Assembly: GCA_903834765.1 (NCBI GenBank)
Contig: CAILKE010000016.1
Span: 2,686-66,685 of the forward strand
DNA length: 64,000 bases
DNA from: an uncultured Bacteroidota bacterium
GTDB lineage: Bacteria; Bacteroidota; Bacteroidia; B-17B0; Aurantibacillaceae
Direction: 5' to 3'
Each line of letters opens with the position of its first letter. Within the stretch, counting starts at the first letter, position 1. The notes under the pieces were generated by a model. The model saw nothing but the letters and a program-made list of their open reading frames with translations, was not told the DNA's origin and searched no databases. Of the stretch, positions 1 to 9,850 are shown in pieces. The position numbers were made by a program, and so were the translations under genes.

Positions 1-1413
1 CTTGCAGCCATTGCTTGTGTTTGTGATGGTATAATTAAAATTCCCCCCTTGATTCACATTAATCGTTGCTGTACCTGCTCCTGATATTATTCCTGTTCCG
101 CTCCAAACATAACTTACTGGTGTAGTTGTTGTAGTTGCAATAATTTGTGCAGAGGTTGTTAAGCAACTTAATGAATTAGAAACAGCCGATGTGGCAGTTA
201 CAACAGTGGTGTTTTGAACAACGGCTACCGTTCCTGTTGTGCTACAGCCTGAGCTTGTATTAGTAACTATATAAGTATATGTTCCGGGCGAACTTACTGA
301 AGCAGATGCTGTTGTAGCGCCACTGGTAACACTAGGGCCAGACCAACTATACGTTACTGGAGTGGAAGTTGTTGTAGCAATAGCTTGAATGGTTGTTGTA
401 TTGCAAGTTAATGTGTTTGAAGTTGAAGATGTAACGCTTGGTGGCGCACCCCCAGAACCAATATTATATGTTGCTGTAGAACTGCATCCTCCAGGATTAA
501 TAACTAATGTGTAAATGCCTGTCCCAGAAACTGCTGTTGATGCAGCGCTAGGTGATGCAACGGTTGAACCTCCTGGACCCGTCCAAGAATATGTTGGAGA
601 ACTGGCAGATGTTGTTCCAGTTAGAGTTGTAGATGTTGTGCCACACGCTAAAGTTGGCGAAGAAATAGTAGCTGTAGGAGGAGGAGTTCCAGTAATCGGA
701 GAAATAAAAATGTATTGGTATTGAGAAATTCCATACCGAACAGGAGAGCCAGCGGGACTAGGACAATGAGTTGGTAAATCTTGATTTGAATAAACAATAG
801 TAATTTGTTTTATTTGCTGCCCCACAATTCCCACAGACATTGCTTGGTTTTTACATTGACCAAGCAAGTTGTTAGCTGTTAAAACCCTTGTGTTTCCAAC
901 CACAGCATTATCAATAGCACCGTTTAATGTAACCCCAGGAATAACAGGGTTACCAGCATTATCTAAAGCGCTAATGGTTACCTTATCTTGATAATAAACG
1001 AAGTTGTTTGTTCCATCATTATAAATCGCCTCCGTGATATCGTATATATTAAAGGTAACTGGAGCGCATAAATTATTAGGAAAGTTAATTACAATTGTCT
1101 CGCTATTATTCCAAACTCCTGTACCTAATCCGTTTCCAGCACCACTCATTTCTAACCTCAATCCAGTATATGTTCCACAGTTTTGAGCAGTACTACCACT
1201 TGTCCCAAACCCTAATGCAGAAACTCCTGCAGACCCACTTTCTCTCACGTCAAATGTTCCTCCGCCTGCAGTTGCTTTGGTCATATTAAAACTAGCAGAA
1301 GGCGTCCAAGTTACTCCATTGGTAGGATAACCAGTCCAATTAAACGTTTGAGAAAAAAAGTTCGAAAACAGAAAGCAAAGCAATACTGTTACTTTAGTTT
1401 TTAATAATGTCAT
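1..1413 (-). CDS. Secreted repeat-rich cell-surface protein, N-terminal part (gene runs off the window start)
   Basis: Absent from the supplied track because it has no stop in the window. Reverse-strand reading from the ATG at 1413..1411 gives MTLLKTKVTVLLCFLFSNFFSQ (signal-peptide-like). I translated 721..1413 by hand and found no stop. Downstream are Thr/Ser-rich units with Cys and Y.WSG-type motifs like those in 58644..62624. Confidence 0.7.
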   Translation of the reverse strand, partial: MTLLKTKVTVLLCFLFSNFFSQTFNWTGYPTNGVTWTPSASFNMTKATAGGGTFDVRESGSAGVSALGFGTSGSTAQNCGTYTGLRLEMSGAGNGLGTGVWNNSETIVINFPNNLCAPVTFNIYDITEAIYNDGTNNFVYYQDKVTISALDNAGNPVIPGVTLNGAIDNAVVGNTRVLTANNLLGQCKNQAMSVGIVGQQIKQITIVYSNQDLPTHCPSPAGSPVRYGISQYQYIFISPITGTPPPTATISSPTLACGTTSTTLTGTTSASSPTYSWTGPGGSTVASPSAASTAVSGTGIYTLVINPGGCSSTATYNIGSGGAPPSVTSSTSNTLTCNTTTIQAIATTTSTPVTYSWSGPSVTSGATTASASVSSPGTYTYIVTNTSSGCSTTGTVAVVQNTTVVTATSAVSNSLSCLTTSAQIIATTTTTPVSYVWSGTGIISGAGTATINVNQGGNFNYTITNTSNGCK

Positions 1414-1509
1414 ATCTATTAATTTTGTAACAACCAATATTATAACAATAAGTTTAATTAAAATAGGGGGCTACCCCCTTACAATGCAAAGAATATAATA
1501 TATTTGAGA

Positions 1510-3486
1510 ATGAAATTTAAAAAGACCAAAAATATACTTTTTGTTATTATTTCTTGGTTTCTTTTTAATCATGGAGCACTTGCTCAGTACTGTCCAGAAA
1601 TTGATTCGTTAATCATAGAAGTTAAAGAAGCAACTTTCGAAGATTCTATACAGCTTTTTAATAAAGGCAAAAAAGCACTAACTATAATTTCAAAATCAAA
1701 ATTTAAAGACGCAATATCAGAGGTATATCTTTATTATGGCAATTATTTTTATTATATTAGAAATGTTGAACGCGCAAATTTATTTTTTGAAAAAGCAAAG
1801 TTATTTGCTTCCAACACAGGAAATAAACACATTGAAACACTTGCCAAAATTCGCTTAATATATATTAATAATGAATTTAATGAAAAGGCACCATTAGAAC
1901 AAGATTTATTAAATCTGCTTTTAGAAACAAAACAATCTAAGGATTATGCTAATTATGCTGAGATATTAAATTTATTAGGAATAATAAAAGAATCAAAAAA
2001 TGATTTGCAAGGTGCCGCCGAATTATATCTTGAAGGAATAGTTTTTTCCGAATCCCATTCGATACCCCATTATCCAGCCGTTTTCAAAAACAACTTAGGA
2101 TTAATTAAACTTTATGCTAAACAAATAGACGACGCATTAGTTGATTTTGAGGCGGGCTTAAAATCTGCTAATAAAGAAAATGATAAAAATTTAGCAAGCC
2201 ATATTCAAATTAATATTTGCCTAATTTATGTTCAAAAAAATAGAATAAAAGAAGCTTTGGCAATATTTGAAAACGTTATAAACTATGCAAGAACTAACAA
2301 TCATCCGCGTGAATTATCAACGGCTTTTATTAATATGAGTTCTGCTTTTAATAATTCTAATAATCAAGATATTGCAATCTCTTATATAGATTCGGCAATA
2401 GTTGTTCTTCAAAAACACAACTTAAATGTTGAATTAACAAAAGCTTATATAGTGAAAACAGATGTGCTCATCACGTTAAAAAAAAACGATGAGGCATCCA
2501 AAACAATAGCTCTTGCTGAAACATTATCTGAGAAAACTAATAACTTAGAAGATAAAGCTTCTTGTAAATATTTTCGATACCTCATAGATAACGCTGATAA
2601 AAAATATCAATCTGCGCTTAATAACTTTTTATCTTATCAGAAATTGAAAGACAGCCTTCAGCAAAAAATTAACGGCAGATTAATTCAGGAATTGCAACTG
2701 AAATATAATGTACAAAAAAAGGAAGTAGAATTGGAGAAAGAAAAATCAAACTCCTTATTATTAGGAAAAAAGAACCAAGAAGAGCGCTTTTTAAAGTGGC
2801 TATCAATTGGTATTTCATTAATTGTTTTGATATTAATTGTTGGTATTATTTCCTATAGATATTCAGTAAAAACTAGGGAAAGTCAGGCTATGTTTAGTCG
2901 GCAATTAATTCAAAGTGTAGAGCAAGACCGTTTAAGAATTTCTATGGACTTGCATGATGATATTGGGCAATCTCTTTCTATCATAAAAGCAAAAATATCT
3001 CATTTTAAAAATGATCAAGATTACGCTGTATTAGAAACAGATTTATCTTCTGTGATTGAACAAACACGAGAAATATCAAAAAACTTGTACCCTTCTTATT
3101 TAGAGAAAATCGGCTTGGTTCGATCTGTTGCGCGATTAACAGAAGGTATTCAATACTCTTCAAAATTAGAATGTAGTTTTGATATTTCCGAAAAAGTTGA
3201 AGACTTACCTTTAGAAACTAAAACACATATTTATAGAATATTACAAGAGTGTTCAAATAACACTATTAAACACGCTCAAGCAAGTGCTTTAAAAATAGAG
3301 ATAACAGAACACAATAATGAGTTTCATTTAATTTATCAAGACAACGGCATAGGTTTAAATTCAAAACAAAAAAATGGTTTAGGTTTATTGTCGATAAAAG
3401 AACGCGCAAAAATTATTAATGGCGTTGTTAGTTTTGAGACTAAAACAAATTTAAGTTTTAAATTAACATTAAAATTCAATGCCTAA
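1510..3486 (+). CDS. Sensor histidine kinase (TPR-like periplasmic/N-terminal region, TM segment, HisKA_3-type H-box, HATPase)
   Basis: H-box 'DLHDDIGQSLS' is typical of NarX/DegS-type kinases. TM 'WLSIGISLIVLILIVGIISY'. C-terminal N/G boxes ('ECSNNTIKHA', 'DNGIGL', 'GLGLLSIKERA'). I prefer the ATG at 1510 to the track's TTG at 1504. Confidence 0.85.
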   Translation: MKFKKTKNILFVIISWFLFNHGALAQYCPEIDSLIIEVKEATFEDSIQLFNKGKKALTIISKSKFKDAISEVYLYYGNYFYYIRNVERANLFFEKAKLFASNTGNKHIETLAKIRLIYINNEFNEKAPLEQDLLNLLLETKQSKDYANYAEILNLLGIIKESKNDLQGAAELYLEGIVFSESHSIPHYPAVFKNNLGLIKLYAKQIDDALVDFEAGLKSANKENDKNLASHIQINICLIYVQKNRIKEALAIFENVINYARTNNHPRELSTAFINMSSAFNNSNNQDIAISYIDSAIVVLQKHNLNVELTKAYIVKTDVLITLKKNDEASKTIALAETLSEKTNNLEDKASCKYFRYLIDNADKKYQSALNNFLSYQKLKDSLQQKINGRLIQELQLKYNVQKKEVELEKEKSNSLLLGKKNQEERFLKWLSIGISLIVLILIVGIISYRYSVKTRESQAMFSRQLIQSVEQDRLRISMDLHDDIGQSLSIIKAKISHFKNDQDYAVLETDLSSVIEQTREISKNLYPSYLEKIGLVRSVARLTEGIQYSSKLECSFDISEKVEDLPLETKTHIYRILQECSNNTIKHAQASALKIEITEHNNEFHLIYQDNGIGLNSKQKNGLGLLSIKERAKIINGVVSFETKTNLSFKLTLKFNA

Positions 3487-4160
3487 TGACATCACTAAAA
3501 ACTCTTTTAATTGCAGATGATCATCCTATTTTTAGAAAGGGATTAATGGATCTTATTCAACAAACATTTCCTAAGGTTAAAATTATAGAATGTTGCAATG
3601 GCACTGAGGCATTTTCTGGAATAAAAAATTATAAGCCAAATATTGCTATTTTAGATATTAATATGCCTGAAGCTAATGGACTAGAAGTTTGTAAAAAAGT
3701 TATTAAAGAAAAAACAAACACAAAAATAATCATCCTTACTATGTATCAAGAAAAGGAAATGATTAAAAATGCCATGCTTGCAGGAGCTAGCGGATATATT
3801 TTGAAAGACAATGCTGTTGATGAAATTATGGACTGCTTAAACACTGTTTGGAATGGCAAAACTTATTTTGGAACAGCAATGTTGCCCTATCATATTGAAT
3901 TATCGGAGGAAGACAAGAAAAAACAACTACTTATTGATGCTTTAAATACATTAAGTCAAGCAGAATTAAAAACATTAAAACTCGTTAGCTTAAATAAAAC
4001 GTCGAAAGAAATTTCTGAATTATTATTTTTATCAGAAAAAACAGTAGAAAATTATCGTTCACGTATTTGCCAAAAATTAGAATTACCGCCTCGCAATAAT
4101 AGTTTAGTAATCTGGATTAACGAAAATAAAGCCTTGTTGAGTTATATAAGTGAATTTTAA
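3486..4160 (+). CDS. Response regulator, NarL/LuxR family (REC + LuxR HTH)
   Basis: 'LIADDHPIFRKG', 'AILDINMP', 'IIILT' REC motifs. C-terminal 'LSQAELKTLKLVSLNKTSKEISELLFLSEKTVENYRSRI' is a LuxR-type HTH. TAATG overlap with the kinase stop. Confidence 0.9.
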   Translation: MTSLKTLLIADDHPIFRKGLMDLIQQTFPKVKIIECCNGTEAFSGIKNYKPNIAILDINMPEANGLEVCKKVIKEKTNTKIIILTMYQEKEMIKNAMLAGASGYILKDNAVDEIMDCLNTVWNGKTYFGTAMLPYHIELSEEDKKKQLLIDALNTLSQAELKTLKLVSLNKTSKEISELLFLSEKTVENYRSRICQKLELPPRNNSLVIWINENKALLSYISEF

Positions 4161-4230
4161 TTATATAAAACTTAAGATAAAAAACCATTGACGTTTTTAC
4201 TTGCTGCAGCATTTAATATTAGAAATAGCT

Positions 4231-4311
4231 GAAAAAAGGGTTAATCTATTGTATATCAACAAAAAATCCCCTTCAAATATTTGAAGGGGATTGATTTGAG
4301 GTCCCGTCCAG
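4231..4311. repeat. Left copy of island-flanking imperfect direct repeat (att site); ends in a 14-nt copy of the tRNA-Cys 3' end
   Basis: 4231..4311 aligns by eye with 47442..47523, including a hairpin. The last 14 nt 'gaggtcccgtccag' (4298..4311) are identical to 47510..47523, which lie inside tRNA-Cys. Confidence 0.75.
4265..4292 (-). terminator. Rho-independent terminator-like hairpin (probable original tRNA-Cys terminator)
   Basis: Perfect palindrome aatccccttcaaat/atttgaaggggatt. On the minus strand it is followed by a T6 run (complement of the a-run just left of the hairpin, ending at 4266). Confidence 0.6.
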
Positions 4312-4369
4312 AATAGAACCCTCGCCCTTTTTAGGCTGATATTCAATTGGTTAAGAGAATTATAAAATC

Positions 4370-4391
4370 TCAACTGCAACATTACTGCAAC
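4370..4391 (+). promoter_or_regulatory. Tandem pair of 11-nt ACTGCAAC repeats (putative arm-type integrase sites), island left end
   Basis: 'tcaactgcaac attactgcaac' at 4370..4391. 'ctgcaacattactgcaacaa' recurs at 47393..47412. Confidence 0.45.
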
Positions 4392-4479
4392 AACTTATTA
4401 AAAAGCAAATCTAAATGAGTGAATGATTTGATTACTGGAGGTTGATTAATTAACTTAGCTTTTTATAAAAAATAGGAAG

Positions 4480-4992
4480 TTGAAAGAGATTTTTGAAAAT
4501 ATATGCGAAATGGCCAAGAAAAATGGCTCTAATTTGTTTTGGGTTTGTTTTTCACTCCTAGTCCAAAATTCTTTTCCGAATTTCAAAATTCAAAATTTTG
4601 TAGGGTTTCTATTTAGAGTTTTTAATTATGTGGTTCTCTTTTTTATCTATATGCTAATTGATATATTAAAAGAATTTAGTCGGTCAATAGAATATTCTAA
4701 GACTACATCTTTATTAATTAGTATGCATACATTGAAAGCCTCTAAATTCGTATTAAATCAATCAAAAATCCTTATATCCAAAAGTGGGGAGTTTGCTGAA
4801 AGAAGTATGCAGTTTACCATAGTGGTTTTGGTTGCATGGCTAATTATTTTTAGATTAAAACTACATGATTGGGGTTTTAAATTAAGCCCACAAAAACTCA
4901 TGGCTGTAGCCGCTATAATTTTCATCGCAATTTGTATTGCAGCGCTTCCAAAATTGAAGCTTGGTACCCATCAACCGGATAAATCTTCATAA
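4480..4992 (+). CDS. Hypothetical membrane protein
   Basis: ORF with several hydrophobic segments (e.g. 'FTIVVLVAWLIIF', 'AVAAIIFIAICIAAL'). TTG start is uncertain (ATG at 4510). No recognisable motifs. Confidence 0.35.
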   Translation: MKEIFENICEMAKKNGSNLFWVCFSLLVQNSFPNFKIQNFVGFLFRVFNYVVLFFIYMLIDILKEFSRSIEYSKTTSLLISMHTLKASKFVLNQSKILISKSGEFAERSMQFTIVVLVAWLIIFRLKLHDWGFKLSPQKLMAVAAIIFIAICIAALPKLKLGTHQPDKSS

Positions 4993-5076
4993 GCAATACT
5001 GCCTAGTAGAATTCAATCACATTTTAATTTTTAAACTGTCTCCTGGTTATGGAGATTCACTATAACATATAAAAAC

Positions 5077-5628
5077 ATGAAAGAGCAAATAGTAGATTCA
5101 GACAAACATTATAGCCCAGAATTCTATAAACCAGCCCCCGCTGAAATTTTAGAGGATTATTACCCATTAATTGGACAAGTAGCATCACAATTTAACTATT
5201 TAGATGATTCATTAAGTGAAAGTTTAGTTGGATTTATTAACCCAGACGATGAGGAAATTGGATGGATTGTTATTGCTGGGATGCAGTTTAATCAAAAAGT
5301 TGATCTTTGGGAAAAAATATTGAAGTGGTGTATATATGATTCAGACTGGAGCGAAATAGACAAAAACTCTGCAACCCTTAAAGTAAAAGATATATCATTA
5401 GAGTTGAAAGACGTAGCTACTAAAAGAAATAAAATAGTTCATGCTGATTGGGAAGGAATAAACGACAAATTATTAGTAAAGACTAAAACAAAAAATAGTG
5501 ATAAAGGAGTTCAGCATTGTTACGTGAGTATTGAAAAATCAGAATTCGATAAAATAATAGATCAATTTGATACCTTATCTATTACATTGTATGATTTTGA
5601 TAAATATATTTTTGAAAAACTTAAATAA
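5077..5628 (+). CDS. HEPN-like domain protein (RNxxxH motif)
   Basis: 'ATKRNKIVHADWEG' fits the HEPN Rx4-6H catalytic signature. TAATG overlap with the next gene. Confidence 0.5.
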   Translation: MKEQIVDSDKHYSPEFYKPAPAEILEDYYPLIGQVASQFNYLDDSLSESLVGFINPDDEEIGWIVIAGMQFNQKVDLWEKILKWCIYDSDWSEIDKNSATLKVKDISLELKDVATKRNKIVHADWEGINDKLLVKTKTKNSDKGVQHCYVSIEKSEFDKIIDQFDTLSITLYDFDKYIFEKLK

Positions 5629-7013
5629 TGACAAGAATGAATTGCATATATTGTTCGAGACCTTTAGATAAATCTAACGAACATATTATTCCCGACTCAA
5701 TGAATGGTAGGTTGCAATCAACAAACATTATTTGTGCTGATTGTAATAATAAGTTTGGAAGGTATGTTGATCCAGTATTTAAAGAGATGTTAAATCCCTT
5801 ACTAATTGTATTTGGATTTGAAAATGCAAGGCATACACACGCAGAAGGTTTAGATAACGAAACATATAATTTTAGTAAAGATGGTAAACCATCTTATCTA
5901 AAAAATGAAGTTACCATTTCCCAAGAAGATAATAAAACTATACTACGCGCTGCGGGAAATCCAAAAGAAGCATTAAAAGCATTTCAGAAGCAAGCTAAAA
6001 AACTGAATGAGAGTGGAAAAGTATTTACTGGAGATATTACAGTAGAAAACATTGCTGAGTACAATAGTTTTCGAATTAAATGGGAAATGAAGGTTAACTC
6101 AAAATTAATTTTAGCTCTCAATAAAATAGCTACTGAATTTTATGCTCATTGCGAGTTAGATACGTCCTTAATTATTGATTTGTTATCAAGGATTCGAGGA
6201 TTAGACGAAAGCATTGACAATGTAACTTTCTGTAATTGGAATTGTGAAGTTCGGAAATACGCGGAAGATGAAGTAACACATTTAATAGTCTTAAGAAAAA
6301 ATAAGGATAATACCCTATATTGTTATCTGGAGTTGTTTAATGTTATTTGTGTTGCCATCCCATTATGTAATAACTATGAAAGCCAAGCAGACTTCGTGTA
6401 TTATCAAAATGCTCTTACAGGAGAAAAATTAACTAAAGAGATCATCTTTGAAACTGAAGTTGAATTCACAAACAATAGAGTTGGAAATTTTGACTTACTT
6501 ATTAATGCAGCGTGTGAAAGGCATAATCAAATTAAATTTAGAGAAATTTATACTGAAGAAACTAAAAAGATTCTAGAACAATACAAACTAGACATGGAGC
6601 AAGGGGTTATACCTGCTAACGATGAAAAATTTGTTTTAGAGAAACGGCTTGGAGCAATGATAGCTCAATTAAGTATTGATTTTCCTTATATGATAGAAGA
6701 TTACAAGGACGAGATGAATGACGATATGAACCATATTCACTCAAATCTCAGGGAAGATCAATATGATGATTTTTGCGAAAAATATAAATTTCTAATTGGG
6801 AAGAATGTGAAAATTGGCAATGATTTTTTCGTATTTGATTCATTTGTCAAATCGCCGTTTATTATAAGAAATAGCATACAGCTTTTGAAAGTCCATTTCT
6901 GCCTAACTAACATCAAGACAAATAAGCCGAAGTATTATCCCTACGAAGAATTTTTAAGAATGTTGAGCAATGCGGCTGATAAACTTAAACAGGAAGATCC
7001 ACCTGCAAATTAG
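5628..7013 (+). CDS. HNH endonuclease-domain protein with large uncharacterised C-terminal region
   Basis: N-terminus 'CIYCSRPLDKSNEHIIPDSMNGRLQSTNIICADCNNKFG' = CxxC ... (N)EH-I-I-P ... N ... CxxCN, an HNH/ββα-Me pattern. The remaining ~400 aa have no motif I recognise. Confidence 0.6.
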   Translation: MTRMNCIYCSRPLDKSNEHIIPDSMNGRLQSTNIICADCNNKFGRYVDPVFKEMLNPLLIVFGFENARHTHAEGLDNETYNFSKDGKPSYLKNEVTISQEDNKTILRAAGNPKEALKAFQKQAKKLNESGKVFTGDITVENIAEYNSFRIKWEMKVNSKLILALNKIATEFYAHCELDTSLIIDLLSRIRGLDESIDNVTFCNWNCEVRKYAEDEVTHLIVLRKNKDNTLYCYLELFNVICVAIPLCNNYESQADFVYYQNALTGEKLTKEIIFETEVEFTNNRVGNFDLLINAACERHNQIKFREIYTEETKKILEQYKLDMEQGVIPANDEKFVLEKRLGAMIAQLSIDFPYMIEDYKDEMNDDMNHIHSNLREDQYDDFCEKYKFLIGKNVKIGNDFFVFDSFVKSPFIIRNSIQLLKVHFCLTNIKTNKPKYYPYEEFLRMLSNAADKLKQEDPPAN

Positions 7014-7056
7014 CTTCGTTATCATCCATAAGATATATAAATAAAAAAACATACTT

Positions 7057-7278
7057 ATGGAAGATAATATAATAATGGTGAGTTATTTGAAAAGCGGAAG
7101 ATGTTGGTGGATACTAAGAGTATTTGATAACAATACATTTGATATTTATTTTACTAGCTCTCAACCAACTTATGATAAAGAGGTAAGAAGACAACGATAC
7201 AGCTTTGATGATTTTGATACAGTTATTAAAGTAGGAGAATTAAAAGATTGGATTGGTAGTATTATTGGTGTTAAATAA
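7057..7278 (+). CDS. Hypothetical small protein
   Basis: 73-aa ORF in an otherwise unoccupied interval; no motif. Confidence 0.3.
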   Translation: MEDNIIMVSYLKSGRCWWILRVFDNNTFDIYFTSSQPTYDKEVRRQRYSFDDFDTVIKVGELKDWIGSIIGVK

Positions 7279-7279
7279 A

Positions 7280-7828
7280 CTACAGTTTTTCAATAGCTGT
7301 TATGCCACTAATTTTAGCTTCAATTATCTTATCTATTGATTCACCGTTACGTTCTACGTTTAATATGAAGAGTGGATGGTGCAAGGTTAAAACACTGGCT
7401 GTAAATGTGTCACCGTTTTTAAGTTGACTGCGTTTTGAAGAAATAACTTTAAAACGTGATTTCCCAATAAACTCAATTATCACTTCTGCATTTGGCTTAA
7501 ACTTATATTCATATTGTTCACCCAACTTAAGTTTATTTGGTTTTAGTTCAATGATACTATTTGAACTTATGTTTTCGTTAGGATCAAACGGTTTTATTAA
7601 ATCTTCCCATGTAGAATAGCCTAAATAATTACTGATAACATCTAAAGTGTAAACACGAGCTTCTTGAGTTCCTTTTACAAATCCAAATAAGCGTCTTAAA
7701 GTCGAGGCAGAAATACGACAATTAGACTCAGAAGATATTTTATTTGCTAGAATATCACAATCACGAGAATACAAAACCTTGATTCCGCTTTTTTCTTCTA
7801 TACGTTTTTTAATTATTTCTGATAACAC
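7280..7828 (-). CDS. Hypothetical protein (possible N-terminal HTH)
   Basis: 182-aa ORF. The 'ISASTLRRLFGFVKG' region resembles a DNA-binding helix; no firm family assignment. Confidence 0.45.
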   Translation of the reverse strand: MLSEIIKKRIEEKSGIKVLYSRDCDILANKISSESNCRISASTLRRLFGFVKGTQEARVYTLDVISNYLGYSTWEDLIKPFDPNENISSNSIIELKPNKLKLGEQYEYKFKPNAEVIIEFIGKSRFKVISSKRSQLKNGDTFTASVLTLHHPLFILNVERNGESIDKIIEAKISGITAIEKL

Positions 7829-7977
7829 TTTGTAAAAATATAGTGCAATGTTGTCATTTAATCAGAATGGAATAAATGATACAAATGAATGAAATGAAAT
7901 TAATGAAAGAATTGCTTTCAATTTAGTTAAGTGTTTTTTCCAATCTTTATATTGAAGTAGATTCAATTTAAAAAAAC

Positions 7978-9267
7978 ATGAAAAAATCAATCTTAACAAT
8001 CGCAATTACTATGATTTCAACATTATCAATGTTGTCGCAATCATGGACACAAGTTGGCTCAGGATTATCATCAACTGTAAATGGATTATACACTGATGCT
8101 AGCGCAAACAGATTATATGCTACTGGAGCATTCACTGGAAAAGTTGCTTATTTATCTGGTTCAACTTGGAGTGTAGTTCCTTCTTATACTGGAACAACTG
8201 GTAATTCAATTTTATCTTATAGCAGTACTATAATTCCAATGGGAACTATAATTGTTTGCGCTGATAAAATTTATTCCTATGAAACTGGAGCATGGTCTGC
8301 GAGAACTACTGGTAACGCTTTGAGTAAGTATACAGCTTCATGTGTTGATAGTTTAACCGATTATTTATATGTCGCTGGATTACCTATAGGAGCATCATCA
8401 TATAAAATCTTCAAATATGATTTAGCAGATTTATATGTTGTGAGTGGAACATTAACTCCTGTTGCAACTTACACAAGTCCTAATTTTCCAACTTCAACTG
8501 GCAAAATAAATGATTTAAAAATTTTAAATAATGTGTTATATATTGGCTTAGAAAATTCAGGAGCAGCTTTAATGCAATTAGATTTATCAACCTCTTCTTT
8601 AACAACTGTAGGAACGCCAACAATAGCAGTAAATGTAAAATGTTTAAGTGTTAATTCAAATCAATTATATGTAACTGGAAGTTTTAATAGTTTTAATAAT
8701 CCAACACCTTCAAATAATTTAACATCATATAATGGAACTGCTTTTCAATCTTACGGTTCTCTAATGAACTCTGCTACATTAGGTCAAAATCAAATGTATA
8801 ATGGCAAATTATATGTTGCTGGTTCTACTAATACTCTTGTTAAAGTTGTTACTGGAACAAATACAGCTTCTCCAATTGTTAGTATATATCCAATGGCAAC
8901 AACAGGTTCAATTAATACAATGGCTGTTTATAATGGTGATTTATATGCAGGTGGAACTTTTACAGTCTCAACTGGTGGCTCTTCACATTTTGATAATATA
9001 GCTAAGTATAACAGCAGTGTAACAACAACATTAAATAATATGCAGCAATCAAACAATGTAAATATTTATCCAAATCCATTTACAAATAATTTGACTATTG
9101 ATGTCGAGAATAGTTACATTTTAGATGTATTTGATTATACTGGTAGAAAAATTAGAACAATCAACTGTAATGGTAAAACTGAAATAACATTAGAAAAGTC
9201 TGGGATTTATTTTATCGAAGTTAATAATGAAAATATACACTTTATTAAAAAAGTAATTAAAGAGTAA
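7978..9267 (+). CDS. Secreted protein with T9SS C-terminal sorting domain
   Basis: Signal peptide 'MKKSILTIAITMISTLSMLSQ'. C-terminus 'NIYPNPFTNNLTIDVEN...GIYFIEVNNENIHFIKKVIKE' is typical of Por_Secre_tail CTDs. Confidence 0.8.
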   Translation: MKKSILTIAITMISTLSMLSQSWTQVGSGLSSTVNGLYTDASANRLYATGAFTGKVAYLSGSTWSVVPSYTGTTGNSILSYSSTIIPMGTIIVCADKIYSYETGAWSARTTGNALSKYTASCVDSLTDYLYVAGLPIGASSYKIFKYDLADLYVVSGTLTPVATYTSPNFPTSTGKINDLKILNNVLYIGLENSGAALMQLDLSTSSLTTVGTPTIAVNVKCLSVNSNQLYVTGSFNSFNNPTPSNNLTSYNGTAFQSYGSLMNSATLGQNQMYNGKLYVAGSTNTLVKVVTGTNTASPIVSIYPMATTGSINTMAVYNGDLYAGGTFTVSTGGSSHFDNIAKYNSSVTTTLNNMQQSNNVNIYPNPFTNNLTIDVENSYILDVFDYTGRKIRTINCNGKTEITLEKSGIYFIEVNNENIHFIKKVIKE

Positions 9268-9273
9268 CATCTA

Positions 9274-9462
9274 TCACTGGCTAATTAAAGTAATAACAAT
9301 CCTATTTTCTTCACAGGCAATCGAAACAGATTGCCCTTGATGAAACCCCCAATCACTTAGCCAACGTCCACATAATTTGATTTCGGGTACAGTTTTGTGT
9401 ACTCTATTAAGAGTTAATTTATGTTTGGCATGTATCTTTAATTTTCTGCTAGTCTTCTTCAT
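9274..9462 (-). CDS. symE: SymE-family (AbrB-fold) type I toxin-like protein
   Basis: 62 aa. 'VPEIKLCGRWLSDWGFHQGQSVSIACEENRIVITL' matches the SymE/SpoVT-AbrB pattern (P.L.L.G.WL...GF..G..V.V....G.I.I). Confidence 0.6.
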   Translation of the reverse strand: MKKTSRKLKIHAKHKLTLNRVHKTVPEIKLCGRWLSDWGFHQGQSVSIACEENRIVITLISQ

Positions 9463-9577
9463 TTTATATTTAGCTGTTTCAAGCTAATCTATTTCATTCA
9501 TTCTATTGGAAAAACAGTATTGATTTTTTTGTGGAAAAATCTTCCACAAAAAAGATATATAAAATAAAAACAATACA

Positions 9578-9850
9578 ATGGAGATACCACTAAACTATCT
9601 AGTCGAGTTTTCTAAATCGGATATTATAGATTTAAAACTTATTACTGAAACACCTGATAAGCTTATTTTCAAAGAAACTAAAGTTCATTATGATTTAGAA
9701 ACAAACGAAAAATCAAAGCTATTGATCTATATTGAATTAACTCAAATGACAGATAAAGAACGAAGACATGAATTAATGAGGACTATCGAATTTAAAAGTC
9801 CTACTGAGGATGTAAGCAAAAATACCGACCAACTAAATGAAAAGATATAA
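9578..9850 (+). CDS. Hypothetical small protein
   Basis: First of four co-directional small ORFs (9578..10658); overlaps the next by 14 nt. Confidence 0.35.
   Translation: MEIPLNYLVEFSKSDIIDLKLITETPDKLIFKETKVHYDLETNEKSKLLIYIELTQMTDKERRHELMRTIEFKSPTEDVSKNTDQLNEKI

Noticed and set aside
515-1289. Plus-strand ORFs 515..724 and 1095..1289
   Set aside because: Both lie antisense within the long open minus-strand frame (1..1413), which has a signal peptide and adhesin-like repeats. Their translations look like mirror-frame artefacts.
4312-4369. Possible degenerate pseudo-tRNA continuing from the 14-nt tRNA-Cys 3' fragment
   Set aside because: Beyond the 14-nt core the sequence does not fold into a T-arm or anticodon arm and only sporadically matches the intact tRNA. 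It is most simply island-interior sequence.
4197-4382. ORF 4197..4382 (-), and its look-alike 47390..47575 (-)
   Set aside because: Their similarity comes from the att direct repeat. One overlaps the tRNA-Cys gene and both run through terminator hairpins, so they are not protein-coding.
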